DNA of 59,313 nt, from assembly GCA_030673105.1 (NCBI GenBank), contig DAOVJS010000001.1, positions 1 to 59,313 of the forward strand. The letters run 5' to 3'. A program made the position numbers and the translations under genes. The DNA is from Spirochaetota bacterium (GTDB lineage: Bacteria; Spirochaetota; B62-G9; DRHN01). Below are positions 27,020 through 36,399 of the stretch, in pieces. Each line of letters opens with the position of its first letter. Positions within the stretch are counted from its first letter, which is position 1. Below the pieces are notes generated by a model. It ran no database searches and had not been told where the DNA came from. It saw only the letters and a list, made by a program, of their open reading frames with translations.

Positions 27020-28507
27020 ATGTTTATAGAATGCCCGAAATGTAAAAAAAGATATAATATCGAAAAAAACAACGACACCTATAATATCGTATGCGTGTGC
27101 GATGAAAAACTGACTATTCTCCCATTGCTTTCATATCGCCAGAGTATATCTGAGCCGGGAAAAGTTGAATGCTCCGTATGCAACAGAAAATATGATTTAA
27201 ACAAATATAGAAATAATACGGAAATAGCATGCATTTGTGGAAATCTTCTTGTTGTACAGTTCCCTGAAAACTTTGATACAAATTTCGGCAGGCGGGAAAA
27301 AGATCATATGTCAAAAGAATTAACCGACAAACTCCACGGTCTAATTGACACCTGCAGGCTTATCCATTTTATGCGGAACCTTGATAAACTGTTTCTTTTA
27401 ATAGTGCGGGTAACAACCGAGATGTTAAATTCTGATGGCTGTTCCATCATTTTATGCGATCATGAAAACCATGAGCTAGTTTTTCACTCTGTTACGGGAT
27501 CGAAATCATCAAAGCTTACCCAGTTCCGGCTTGCTGAGGGAGAGGGTGTTGTGGGGAACTCTATTCAGAGCAGAAGATCTATAATTGTAAATGATGTTGT
27601 AAAGGATGCCAGATTTTCAAAACGCGCCGATGCAGTAAGTAAATTTTCTACACACAATATCCTCTGTCTTCCATTAATAGTTGAGAAGGATTGCATTGGA
27701 GCACTTGAAATTGTTAACAAAAATAATGATGAGGATTTTAATGAAGAAGATCTAATTCTCGGAGAAGCAGTATCAAGCCAAATTGCAGTTGCAATACATA
27801 ATGTCCGGCTGACAGAAGCAGCATTAAAGGCTGAGAGGCTCGCAGCAATTGGCCAGGCAGTCACCGGTGTTGCACATTGTGTAAAAAATATGCTTAATGG
27901 ACTTGAGGGCGGGATCTATATCTTAGAGTGTGAAATCGAGGAAAAATATGGAAAAATACCCAAACGCGGATTTGAAATGCTCGGCCGCAATACAAAACGT
28001 CTGAAAGATTTAGTCCAGGATATGCTGACCTATTCCAAAGATAGAAAGCCCGAGTATAAACTCACCAATCTTAATGAATTAATTTATTCTGTAATTGAAT
28101 TAATGCAGGTTAAAGCGAGGGAGCGGAAAATTCAATTAGATTTTAAATTAGATGATAACATTCAAGAAATTGAAATAGATCCAAAAGGTATTTACCGGTG
28201 TGTATTGAACCTCGTTTCAAATGCAATTGATGCGTGCGAAAAGGAAGGTGCTTCTGTAACTCTGTACACTAAAACTTCTGATTCAAATTATATTTTAATT
28301 GAGGTTGAAGATCAGGGAAGCGGAATGGATGAAGAAACACTCAAATCAATTTTCCACCCTTTTTTTAGCAAAAAAGGGTCAAAAGGTACCGGTCTAGGGC
28401 TTTCGGTCACACAAAAGATAATTAAAGAACACGGGGGCCGAATCGAGATTGATTCAATACTCAATGAGGGAAGTAAATTTACTATTTATTTGCCGTTAAA
28501 GAAATAG
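27020..28507 (+). CDS. Cytoplasmic sensor histidine kinase: two zinc-ribbon motifs, GAF, HisKA, HATPase_c
   Basis: CPKC...CVC and CSVC...CIC ribbons, GAF-like LNSDGCSIILCD...GEGVVG, H-box GVAHCVKNMLNGLEGG, N/G boxes (NLVSNAIDA, DQGSGM, GTGLGL). No TM segment. Confidence 0.85.
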   Translation: MFIECPKCKKRYNIEKNNDTYNIVCVCDEKLTILPLLSYRQSISEPGKVECSVCNRKYDLNKYRNNTEIACICGNLLVVQFPENFDTNFGRREKDHMSKELTDKLHGLIDTCRLIHFMRNLDKLFLLIVRVTTEMLNSDGCSIILCDHENHELVFHSVTGSKSSKLTQFRLAEGEGVVGNSIQSRRSIIVNDVVKDARFSKRADAVSKFSTHNILCLPLIVEKDCIGALEIVNKNNDEDFNEEDLILGEAVSSQIAVAIHNVRLTEAALKAERLAAIGQAVTGVAHCVKNMLNGLEGGIYILECEIEEKYGKIPKRGFEMLGRNTKRLKDLVQDMLTYSKDRKPEYKLTNLNELIYSVIELMQVKARERKIQLDFKLDDNIQEIEIDPKGIYRCVLNLVSNAIDACEKEGASVTLYTKTSDSNYILIEVEDQGSGMDEETLKSIFHPFFSKKGSKGTGLGLSVTQKIIKEHGGRIEIDSILNEGSKFTIYLPLKK

Positions 28508-28562
28508 GCAGATAAACTTTTTGATAAAACCATAAATATTTCACAAAAAACCCACAACGATC

Positions 28563-29237
28563 ATGCAGAACAATAAAACAGACAGAATAATTCGTTCGAG
28601 GAGAAAAACGCTGGCGCTTGAAGTTACCTGCGATGCCCGTCTGATAATTCGCGCCCCTGTAAAAATGACCGTAAAGGAAATCAAGAGTTTCGTTGAAAGA
28701 AAACATCACTGGGTGCAGGAAAAACAGAGGGTTGCTCGAGAAAGATTGCGGAATCTGGCCCCTAAACAGTTTGTTGATGGAGAAAAATTTTTATTTTTAG
28801 GAAATACTTATCTGCTTTCAATAGTTGATGATAACAGAAACCCTCTTTCCTTTGACAGAGAGTTCAGGCTTTCGAGAGCACATCTTCACCGTGCCCGGCA
28901 GCTGTTCGTTGACTGGTACAAAGAACAGGCCTATAAAAAGATCAGAGAAAGGCTCCACCGGTATTCATCTTTTTCAGATATTCATTTTAAAAATTTTACG
29001 ATAACGAATGCTCAGAAACGCTGGGGGTCCTGCAGCAGCAGGGGGAACCTGCATTTTAGCTGGCGATTGATACTGGCAGCTCCACATGTGGTGGATTATG
29101 TGGTCGTCCACGAGCTGGTACACATAAAGGAGCAGAACCATTCAGCGAAATTTTGGAAAAAAGTGGAGCTGCTGCTGCCGGATTACAGGTCAAACAGGCA
29201 GTGGCTGAAAGAAAACGGGTATTTATTGGCAATATAA
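28563..29237 (+). CDS. YgjP-like (DUF45/WLM) metal-dependent hydrolase
   Basis: RWGSCSSRGNLHFSWRL and HELVHIKEQNHSAKFW motifs. Confidence 0.8.
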   Translation: MQNNKTDRIIRSRRKTLALEVTCDARLIIRAPVKMTVKEIKSFVERKHHWVQEKQRVARERLRNLAPKQFVDGEKFLFLGNTYLLSIVDDNRNPLSFDREFRLSRAHLHRARQLFVDWYKEQAYKKIRERLHRYSSFSDIHFKNFTITNAQKRWGSCSSRGNLHFSWRLILAAPHVVDYVVVHELVHIKEQNHSAKFWKKVELLLPDYRSNRQWLKENGYLLAI

Positions 29238-29259
29238 AAGAAAAATAATATTGTTCATT

Positions 29260-30276
29260 TCACAGCAGCCTGGTAACCTCGTCCTTCCCGGTCGGATGGA
29301 TCTCCCTGAGCTTCTGCTGCTCCACAGCATAAACAGCATCACCCCGCCGGGTGAACTCGCCTATCTTACTGAGATAGGGTATACTGCCCGCCTTTTCTAT
29401 GAATGATTTTTCCAGCAGTACACTTTCATTCTTCGGTACAGCGATAAGGAGGGACCCCGAAGCTATGGAGCTGAATGGAGATATTTTAAAGAGCTCACAG
29501 AGTTTTTTTGTTTCCTCATAAACAGGGATCCTTTCAATATTAATTTTAAGTCCGACCCCTGAGCCGCGGGCCATTTCATAGGCCCCAGCTAATATTCCGC
29601 CTTCTGTTGGATCGTGCATCCCGGATACTTTCGCAGAAAGCCGCGCGGTCCGGGCGTCACCAACAACACTTATACCGGGATCATCAAGATAGGAAAGGCA
29701 TCTCCGGTAAAACTTCTCGCCGAAATTCCTGATAATTTCATCCTTTTTCTCCCTGGCAATGATCGATGTCGCTTCGATAGCAACACCTTTTGTCATGTAG
29801 AGGAGATCTCCTTCCCCTATATCCCCATTTTTTATCAGCTCACCTTTTTTCACTTCTCCAAGCATGGTTCCGGACAGTATCGGGTTCTTCAAACCGTGGG
29901 TAATCTCCGTATGCCCTCCGATTAGCGCTATACTCAGCTCATCACAGGATTTTCTCAGATCCTTCATTATATTTTCAATAAACCGGTTTGTAGTATGCCC
30001 TTCCGGCAGAAGCATAGTAACCAGAAACCAGCACGGTCTGCCCCCCATTGCCGCGATATCATTCGCATTAACATTTACAACATACCACCCTATTCTATCT
30101 GACACAAATGTAATCGGATCACTCTTTACAATAAGATAATTTCCCCCGACATCAAGGACCGCCGCGTCCTCTCCAATACCGGGACCCACCACCACCCTTT
30201 CATCATCTATCTCGATCGCTCCTAAAAGCTCTTCTAAAAAATCACTCTTAAGTTTTCCGATTTCAAGGAACTTCAT
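29260..30276 (-). CDS. AIR-synthase-related (PurM/HypE/ThiL-fold) protein
   Basis: GEDAAVL, VNVNANDIAAMGG, GGHTE and MHDPTEGG motifs. Confidence 0.75.
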   Translation of the reverse strand: MKFLEIGKLKSDFLEELLGAIEIDDERVVVGPGIGEDAAVLDVGGNYLIVKSDPITFVSDRIGWYVVNVNANDIAAMGGRPCWFLVTMLLPEGHTTNRFIENIMKDLRKSCDELSIALIGGHTEITHGLKNPILSGTMLGEVKKGELIKNGDIGEGDLLYMTKGVAIEATSIIAREKKDEIIRNFGEKFYRRCLSYLDDPGISVVGDARTARLSAKVSGMHDPTEGGILAGAYEMARGSGVGLKINIERIPVYEETKKLCELFKISPFSSIASGSLLIAVPKNESVLLEKSFIEKAGSIPYLSKIGEFTRRGDAVYAVEQQKLREIHPTGKDEVTRLL

Positions 30277-30350
30277 CGCCTATTTCCTGTTTAGTTTTAC
30301 GTTTTCAAGGAACTTCATCGTCTATTTCCTGTTTAGTTTTACGTTTTCAA
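30261..30350. repeat. 42-bp tandem duplication (2.1 units, 1 mismatch) spanning the RBS and start codon of the AIR-synthase-related gene
   Basis: Units at 30261-30302 and 30303-30344, then a partial TTTCAA at 30345-30350. TTTCAA microhomology at the unit borders. Confidence 0.9.
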
Positions 30351-30383
30351 TAACCTTCTCAGTATCTCCCGGCACAAACCCTG

Positions 30384-31490
30384 CTACTTATAGAGGAATT
30401 CCTTATATACAAGGTAATTTAAAAAAGGATGCTCTTTAGCGCTCTGATTTACATTAAGGAGCCGGTTTGACCAGTCAATAAGTATCCTTGAATAGTCAGC
30501 ACTTTTCCTGTGAAAAAAGTAAAGCGAGATGTCAAGGAGCATTTCACTGTAGAAGGCTCTTCTGGCAGGGGTAAAGTAGGAGGAATAGATCCTGCTGATA
30601 ATATCCCCCGCCCTCTCTTCAGGGGTTCTGCCCATTAATATAAGCTTACTGTTCCTGGCTGTTTCAATTTCCCTTTTAAAACCCTCCACCTCTTCCCCGA
30701 AGAGGGACAAACCGCCGACTTCCCTCATCTTAAATATATTATTTTCTTCCTCAGGATTAATTATGTGCGATATTTTTACAGGCACAAGATCCAGCACCGG
30801 ATGACGGGCTTCTCTTTCGTCCTTCAAAACAAGAATGTCAGGAAGAGCACTCAGGCCAGATATCTTCTTTGTCTCTGTTTTCTTCAGAGCCCTGTTCAGC
30901 CTTATGAGCCCATAATCCGGAGCCACGGGAAAAAATTCAGTGTTTTGAGCCTTAAATGTTTCCAAAACTTTTTTACCTGCATGATCCGAGGAGTATTTCT
31001 GAATACCGTGTTCCTGGCTGATAACTAATCTTAAAAAATCAAACCCCAGAGTTTGCATATTGGCCAATATAAACACCAGCAAATTGTTTCCCGTTGAATC
31101 CGGAATCGAAAGCATGGCAGAGTGAATGGCTTTTTCCGGTTTCCCGGACCTTTTCACGCTTTCCTGCTCAGGTTTGTACCTGTCAACATCAATCCCCCGT
31201 GATTTAATAATATACAGGGTCTTTTTAGCCGCTTTACGTACAGATTTTGACTCCCCTTCATCCCCGGCAAAGTTCCAGAGGGCTTTGATTATGTGCTGCT
31301 CTTCTTTTTTATCAAGTACGTTCAGGATCTCCCCGGGATTCCTCGTTATGAGATCTCCAATTTCGGCCAGCTCCATAATTGATCCTTTCAGAAAAAGTGT
31401 ATCCCATCCGGCTCTGTAATATCCCCCCCTTTCCCCTGAAGCAAAATCGAAAAGCTCATATATACAGTGTTCTGCTTCTGCTAATTTCAT
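30384..31490 (-). CDS. Hypothetical protein, no recognisable domain (partner of the GIY-YIG gene)
   Basis: 368-aa ORF overlapping the upstream gene by 35 nt. An alternative start at 31376 (MELAEIG...) is possible. Protein-like composition. Confidence 0.55.
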   Translation of the reverse strand: MKLAEAEHCIYELFDFASGERGGYYRAGWDTLFLKGSIMELAEIGDLITRNPGEILNVLDKKEEQHIIKALWNFAGDEGESKSVRKAAKKTLYIIKSRGIDVDRYKPEQESVKRSGKPEKAIHSAMLSIPDSTGNNLLVFILANMQTLGFDFLRLVISQEHGIQKYSSDHAGKKVLETFKAQNTEFFPVAPDYGLIRLNRALKKTETKKISGLSALPDILVLKDEREARHPVLDLVPVKISHIINPEEENNIFKMREVGGLSLFGEEVEGFKREIETARNSKLILMGRTPEERAGDIISRIYSSYFTPARRAFYSEMLLDISLYFFHRKSADYSRILIDWSNRLLNVNQSAKEHPFLNYLVYKEFLYK

Positions 31491-32826
31491 TAAGGTTTTT
31501 ACAATGAAGCTGCAGGGCTTTCACAATCTTATCGGCCGAACCGTATCTGTCGATGTCAATTGTATTCAGGCTCTCCTCGTATCTCCTCATATAGAACAGC
31601 GCGATAACCTTGAGAGGATCAAAAACATTTTCCGCCGGTTTTTGAATTTTCTTGAGTATATCATTAACTTCTGTGCCGGTATTGGAACAATCAAAATCAT
31701 GATCCAGTAGAGGAATCCTGTTTGAAAGGAAGTATAACTTGAGCATCCCTTCCATACCTGACGGGAGAATTAAAATTTTGTCGGAAATATCCAGGAGCCG
31801 TTCCGGAATATTCATCTGTTTATTAAACCGGGGCTTATGGGCATCAATTAATCTGTATTCCTGTACAAGCGCCTCAAGATCGGATCCAAGCACTTTATAT
31901 TTTATACCGGACAGCCGGTCCAGTATGCCCTGTATCTTTTCAACACTTTCTCCTGTATTCCAGAAGTAAGAATTTATCCTGATTTGAAGGTTATTCGTCT
32001 TACCAACGTAGATAACCCTCCCGTCACTGTTAAAAAAAAGATAAACTCCGGGCATCCGGGGTATGGATTTTAGATACTCTCTGTTAAAATTATACCTGGA
32101 AAAATCCACTTTCTTTCTGCCCTTTATAGAAAACTCGATGAGCTCCTCAACTTTTGTGATACCTTTTTCACCGACTATATTCAAAATGTAATCAAAGATA
32201 TGCCTGAGGGTTTTCACCCTGGAAGAGGGGTTTTCAGAATGAAAGTTCATAATCCCGAACTCTTTTACAATATCATCCCATGTTTTAAGCTGTTTGCCCG
32301 GAAACAGGACCGATACCAGCGACTTTATTGAAAGCGTGATTATCTCAGGTTGAAGAGGAGATATTACCCTGTATATTTTTTTAAGCCGTCCCAGGCTCCT
32401 CAAATCGTAGGGGAGGAAGATGTACCGGCCCGCCCTTTTCAATACATCCCTGATCTGAATATCTTCATTAATAATCCCCCCTTCATAGAGGAAGAAGGAA
32501 GAATAACTTTTAAGAACTAAAAATATATCGTCTGCCTTATAGAGCTTACGGTCACCCGGCCTTTCAATGTCATCGATATAAAAAAGAATAAATGAAGCCT
32601 CTGAAATAGGCAGCTGTTCCACAGTTACTTTTTTTACAGCGGTCCATTTACTGTCTTCGAGCTGTTTAAACCGCGCGTCCAGCTTTAAAAGCGGCTCAAC
32701 TATTTTCCCTGCCATATCGTCATTATCTGATTCAATCTTAAAAAACTCCCTGAGTAATTCCTGGTTTGTAAACTCCTTCTTTTTATCGAGGATATGACTG
32801 TATATTTCATCAATAATACTCTTCAT
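31456..32826 (-). CDS. Multidomain GIY-YIG nuclease (HARE-HTH-like N-terminus, DnaQ-like degenerate middle, GIY-YIG)
   Basis: GIY-YIG core is PGVYLFFNSDGRVIYVGKTNNLQIRINSYF...E. The N-terminus ends ...LDARFKQLEDSKWTA. The middle has FILFYIDDIERPG and FLPYDLRSL, exonuclease-like remnants. Confidence 0.65.
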   Translation of the reverse strand: MKSIIDEIYSHILDKKKEFTNQELLREFFKIESDNDDMAGKIVEPLLKLDARFKQLEDSKWTAVKKVTVEQLPISEASFILFYIDDIERPGDRKLYKADDIFLVLKSYSSFFLYEGGIINEDIQIRDVLKRAGRYIFLPYDLRSLGRLKKIYRVISPLQPEIITLSIKSLVSVLFPGKQLKTWDDIVKEFGIMNFHSENPSSRVKTLRHIFDYILNIVGEKGITKVEELIEFSIKGRKKVDFSRYNFNREYLKSIPRMPGVYLFFNSDGRVIYVGKTNNLQIRINSYFWNTGESVEKIQGILDRLSGIKYKVLGSDLEALVQEYRLIDAHKPRFNKQMNIPERLLDISDKILILPSGMEGMLKLYFLSNRIPLLDHDFDCSNTGTEVNDILKKIQKPAENVFDPLKVIALFYMRRYEESLNTIDIDRYGSADKIVKALQLHCKNLNEISRSRTLYI

Positions 32827-32932
32827 CTATCCCTCTGATGAAAAAAATACAAAAAGTACATGAAAAACTTTTATAAGTATAATATAATAGTAATAAGAAA
32901 AAAATCACAAAGATAAGGAAGGCATATAAACT

Positions 32933-33556
32933 ATGGCACAGGTTACATTGAAAAATGATGATTCAGTTAAATACAGTTTTTTTAAGGCAGGATCAATGAT
33001 TTTCAACCAGGGAGACAAAGGGTCCGATATATTTATATTAAAAAAGGGGGCCATTACCGTCATTGTAGATAACCAGATAATAGGGCTTATCAATACTCCA
33101 AACACCATAATCGGAGAAATGTCGTACTTCCTGGGGGTGAAGCGTACGGCTTCAATAAAAGCTGTTGAAAACTCGGAGTTTATGATTATTACCGGGGAGA
33201 CTTTTAATGATGCAATTCTTAAAAATCCAAAAGTCGGCATTGAACTGATAAGGATCCTCGCCGAACGTCTTGAAAAAACCACAAAGTACGCGACCAAACT
33301 TGAAAATGACATTACCCGGTACAGGAATGAAATAAGAAAAATAAACGGCCAGAAAGAACAGAAAAAGCCGGTATTCTCGGAAGAAATGATATTTGACGCT
33401 CACATTACAAAGGAGCAGCTTGACGAGTCCGTAAAAGAATTGGAGACCAGAAAAAATAAAGGGGAGAAAGTGTCACTGGCTAAAATACTCATTGAGAAAA
33501 ACTATATTACAGCCCAGCAGCTCATACAGTTACTCGATATGAAACAGCAAACATGA
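32933..33556 (+). CDS. Cyclic-nucleotide-binding domain protein with a GspE-N/MshEN-like C-terminal helix
   Basis: cNMP beta-barrel (IFNQGDKGSDIFILKKGAI...GEMSYF...RTASIKA). C-terminal LAKILIEKNYITAQQLIQLL. Confidence 0.7.
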   Translation: MAQVTLKNDDSVKYSFFKAGSMIFNQGDKGSDIFILKKGAITVIVDNQIIGLINTPNTIIGEMSYFLGVKRTASIKAVENSEFMIITGETFNDAILKNPKVGIELIRILAERLEKTTKYATKLENDITRYRNEIRKINGQKEQKKPVFSEEMIFDAHITKEQLDESVKELETRKNKGEKVSLAKILIEKNYITAQQLIQLLDMKQQT

Positions 33557-34218
33557 AACTTCCATCCCTCTTCAAAAAGCGCATTATACTTCTTTATTTT
33601 CTATCAATTCTTCTATTTTCATCGGCTTTACCCGCCGGAGCGGACGAGAAAGCTGCGGACGCAGCACACATCCTAAAAGAAAAGGGGATATCCCCCCTGC
33701 TGGTGACGGGCCTCATCTCAATGGTGCCTATTTTTGAGCTGAGAGGGGGGATCCCTGTTGGAATTGGAGTACTAAAACAGAACCTCTTTTTAGTGTATCT
33801 CTATGCGGTTCTTTTTAATCTTATTCCTGTTTTTCCCGTGCTTCTACTGTTGAATCCTGTAAAAAGGCTCCTTGAAAAGCTGCCTGTATTCAGTCGATTC
33901 TTCGGTTTTCTCACAGCAAAGGCGGAGAAAAATAAAAAGCTTATCGAAAAGTATGAAGAGTTCGGCCTTATGCTTTTTGTCGCGATTCCCCTCCCTGTAA
34001 CAGGGGCCTGGACAGGGTCCCTTGTCGCGGTGGTTATGGGACTGAATGTAGTAAAATCCTTCCTGTTTATATCGCTCGGGGTTTTAATAGCAGGTGTTGT
34101 CGTTACACTTCTAACAGTGCTTGGCACAACAGGTATTATTCTTGCTGTCGCAATCCTCCTAACATTTATCATAGTATACACGGTGAATATTATCAGGAAA
34201 CGTTCGGATACAGTATGA
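33553..34218 (+). CDS. Small-multidrug-export-like membrane protein (COG2426 / Sm_multidrug_ex)
   Basis: MVPIFELRGGIPVGI motif, multiple TM segments, 4-nt overlaps on both sides. Confidence 0.55.
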   Translation: MKLPSLFKKRIILLYFLSILLFSSALPAGADEKAADAAHILKEKGISPLLVTGLISMVPIFELRGGIPVGIGVLKQNLFLVYLYAVLFNLIPVFPVLLLLNPVKRLLEKLPVFSRFFGFLTAKAEKNKKLIEKYEEFGLMLFVAIPLPVTGAWTGSLVAVVMGLNVVKSFLFISLGVLIAGVVVTLLTVLGTTGIILAVAILLTFIIVYTVNIIRKRSDTV

Positions 34219-35105
34219 TGATTAATACCGGCACAGGAGTAATCGGGCTTTTCGGCCACCCGGTTGAGCATTCATTATCCCCTTACTTTATGAACTTCGC
34301 GTTAAAAGGCCTGAATCTGAACTTTCTGTATTTGGCCTTTGATATTGAAAAGGAGCATTTAAAAGATGCTGTAAATTCTCTAAAGGTTTTGAAATTCCGG
34401 GGGGTCAATGTAACAATACCCTACAAGCGGCCTGTAATGAGCCTCCTTTCATCCATTCAGGATGACGCGAAGGCGATCGGAGCGGTAAACTGTATCTTAA
34501 ACAGTGACGGTTTTATCCGGGGATACAACACGGATTGCGCCGGTTTTATTGAGCCGTTGAAGAAGAGAAACATAGAAATCAGAGATACTTCAGCATGTAT
34601 AATCGGATGCGGCGGAGCAGCAAGAAGTGTCCTGTACGCCCTGGTAAAAGAGAATGTTAAAAGAATATACATTGTCAACAGGACTGAAAAAAACGCCTCT
34701 GATTTTATTGCCTGGTCAAAGGAAAGCCTGAAATTCGATAAAATTTCATACATTGGAAATGGTCAGGAAACCTCCCGGCCGGTGCTTGACGATACCGCTT
34801 TAATTGTAAACACAACCCCTGTAGGAATGTTTCCCAATACAGAGGAGAGCCCCCTGCATGAAAATCTATCCTTCAATCACACCCACACAATATATGACCT
34901 CATTTACAATCCGCCGAAGACGCGGCTTTTAAAAATGGCGGAAGCAGACGGGGCCGCGGTAATTAATGGTTTTGAAATGCTTATCATTCAGGGCCTCTAC
35001 TCTCTCGCAATCTGGTTTCCCGATAAAAAAGAAGAGATCTTTTCCATACGGGAGCGGATCATCGCGCATACCGCGGGTTATTTAAAAAATTCTAACAAAA
35101 ATTGA
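34215..35105 (+). CDS. aroE: Shikimate dehydrogenase
   Basis: GLFGHPVEHSLSPYFMN, NVTIPYK, GYNTD, GCGGAARS. Confidence 0.88.
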   Translation: MMINTGTGVIGLFGHPVEHSLSPYFMNFALKGLNLNFLYLAFDIEKEHLKDAVNSLKVLKFRGVNVTIPYKRPVMSLLSSIQDDAKAIGAVNCILNSDGFIRGYNTDCAGFIEPLKKRNIEIRDTSACIIGCGGAARSVLYALVKENVKRIYIVNRTEKNASDFIAWSKESLKFDKISYIGNGQETSRPVLDDTALIVNTTPVGMFPNTEESPLHENLSFNHTHTIYDLIYNPPKTRLLKMAEADGAAVINGFEMLIIQGLYSLAIWFPDKKEEIFSIRERIIAHTAGYLKNSNKN

Positions 35106-35233
35106 AAGCAGAGATTGGTATAAAAAAGTGAGCGGAAAATCTTTTAAAACATCGGGAAAAGTATTATAATCAGGCAGATATCGTCATTATTAACAGCAAT
35201 AGTAATCCCCCTGAAAAGACAGCAAAGCGCATT

Positions 35234-36379
35234 ATGGATACCATAAAAATAAAAACCCGGGATACATACAACGTTTACACAGGAAGAGGAATATTACAAG
35301 ATTTACCTGAACTGCTTAAAAAGACCTCTTATGAAATAGACCCGGAAGGCTCATTAATATTTATCGTGACAGACAGGAATGTTTCACGCTGCTATTTGAA
35401 AGGCGTCGCAGGCAGTCTTAAAAAAAGCGGATTTAAGGTTAAATCTTCGATCTTCAGGCCCGGAGAAGGCCTGAAGAGCTGCAGGAACCTCTATAAAATG
35501 CTCCGCATAATGGTAAAACAGGGCCTCACAAGAGATTCTGTGATCATTGGCCTCGGAGGCGGGGTCATTGGAGATTTTTCCGGATTCGCCGCGTCGATCT
35601 ACATGAGAGGCTGCCGCTTCATACAGGTCCCCACAACCCTTCTGGCGCAGGTGGATTCATCCATAGGAGGAAAGGTTGGAATTAATATGAAAGAGGGAAA
35701 AAACCTGATCGGCAGCTTTTACAATCCCCTTTTTGTTTTGAGTGACACTGATACACTTAAGACCCTGAACGGGCGGGAAATTACATGCGGTCTTGCCGAG
35801 ATCATAAAGTACGGGTTAATATTCAACAAAGACCTCTTTGAAAAGACAACAAAATTTTTTAGTGGTTATTTCCGGAACAGCAAAACAATCACGGCAAAAG
35901 ATTTAAAAGAACTCGTCCTGAATGACACGGAATTTTTACACGAAATGATACATAAATCCGTCAGAATAAAAGGAGAAATTGTACGGGCTGACGAAAGAGA
36001 AAACGACCTCAGGATGATCTTAAACTTCGGACACACCTTCGGACATGCTGTTGAAAAGCTGACCCGCTACAGAAAGTTTCTGCACGGGGAAGCAGTAATG
36101 CTTGGAATGAAAATGGCCGTGGAGCTTTCTTCGACATGCGGTTTTATAGATGCTGAAGAAAAACGGGCCGTAACAGGGCTCATTGACATATTCGAAATAC
36201 CATCTGTGAGAGGGTTAACGGCAAAGGCCATTTACAGCCAGATAGGAAGCGACAAGAAAAAGAGAAGGGGTAAAATTCATTATATCGTATTAAAAAAAAT
36301 CGGTTACGCTGTATCAGAAACAGAGATCGAAAAAAAAACAGTGGTGGATTGCATCGGGAAGGTGCTGTCCGGTTATTAA
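35234..36379 (+). CDS. aroB: 3-dehydroquinate synthase
   Basis: GLGGGVIGDFSGFAAS, VPTTLLAQVDSSIGGKVGIN, GHTFGHA. Confidence 0.9.
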   Translation: MDTIKIKTRDTYNVYTGRGILQDLPELLKKTSYEIDPEGSLIFIVTDRNVSRCYLKGVAGSLKKSGFKVKSSIFRPGEGLKSCRNLYKMLRIMVKQGLTRDSVIIGLGGGVIGDFSGFAASIYMRGCRFIQVPTTLLAQVDSSIGGKVGINMKEGKNLIGSFYNPLFVLSDTDTLKTLNGREITCGLAEIIKYGLIFNKDLFEKTTKFFSGYFRNSKTITAKDLKELVLNDTEFLHEMIHKSVRIKGEIVRADERENDLRMILNFGHTFGHAVEKLTRYRKFLHGEAVMLGMKMAVELSSTCGFIDAEEKRAVTGLIDIFEIPSVRGLTAKAIYSQIGSDKKKRRGKIHYIVLKKIGYAVSETEIEKKTVVDCIGKVLSGY

Positions 36380-36399
36380 AAAGATACTCGAGCCCTTTA

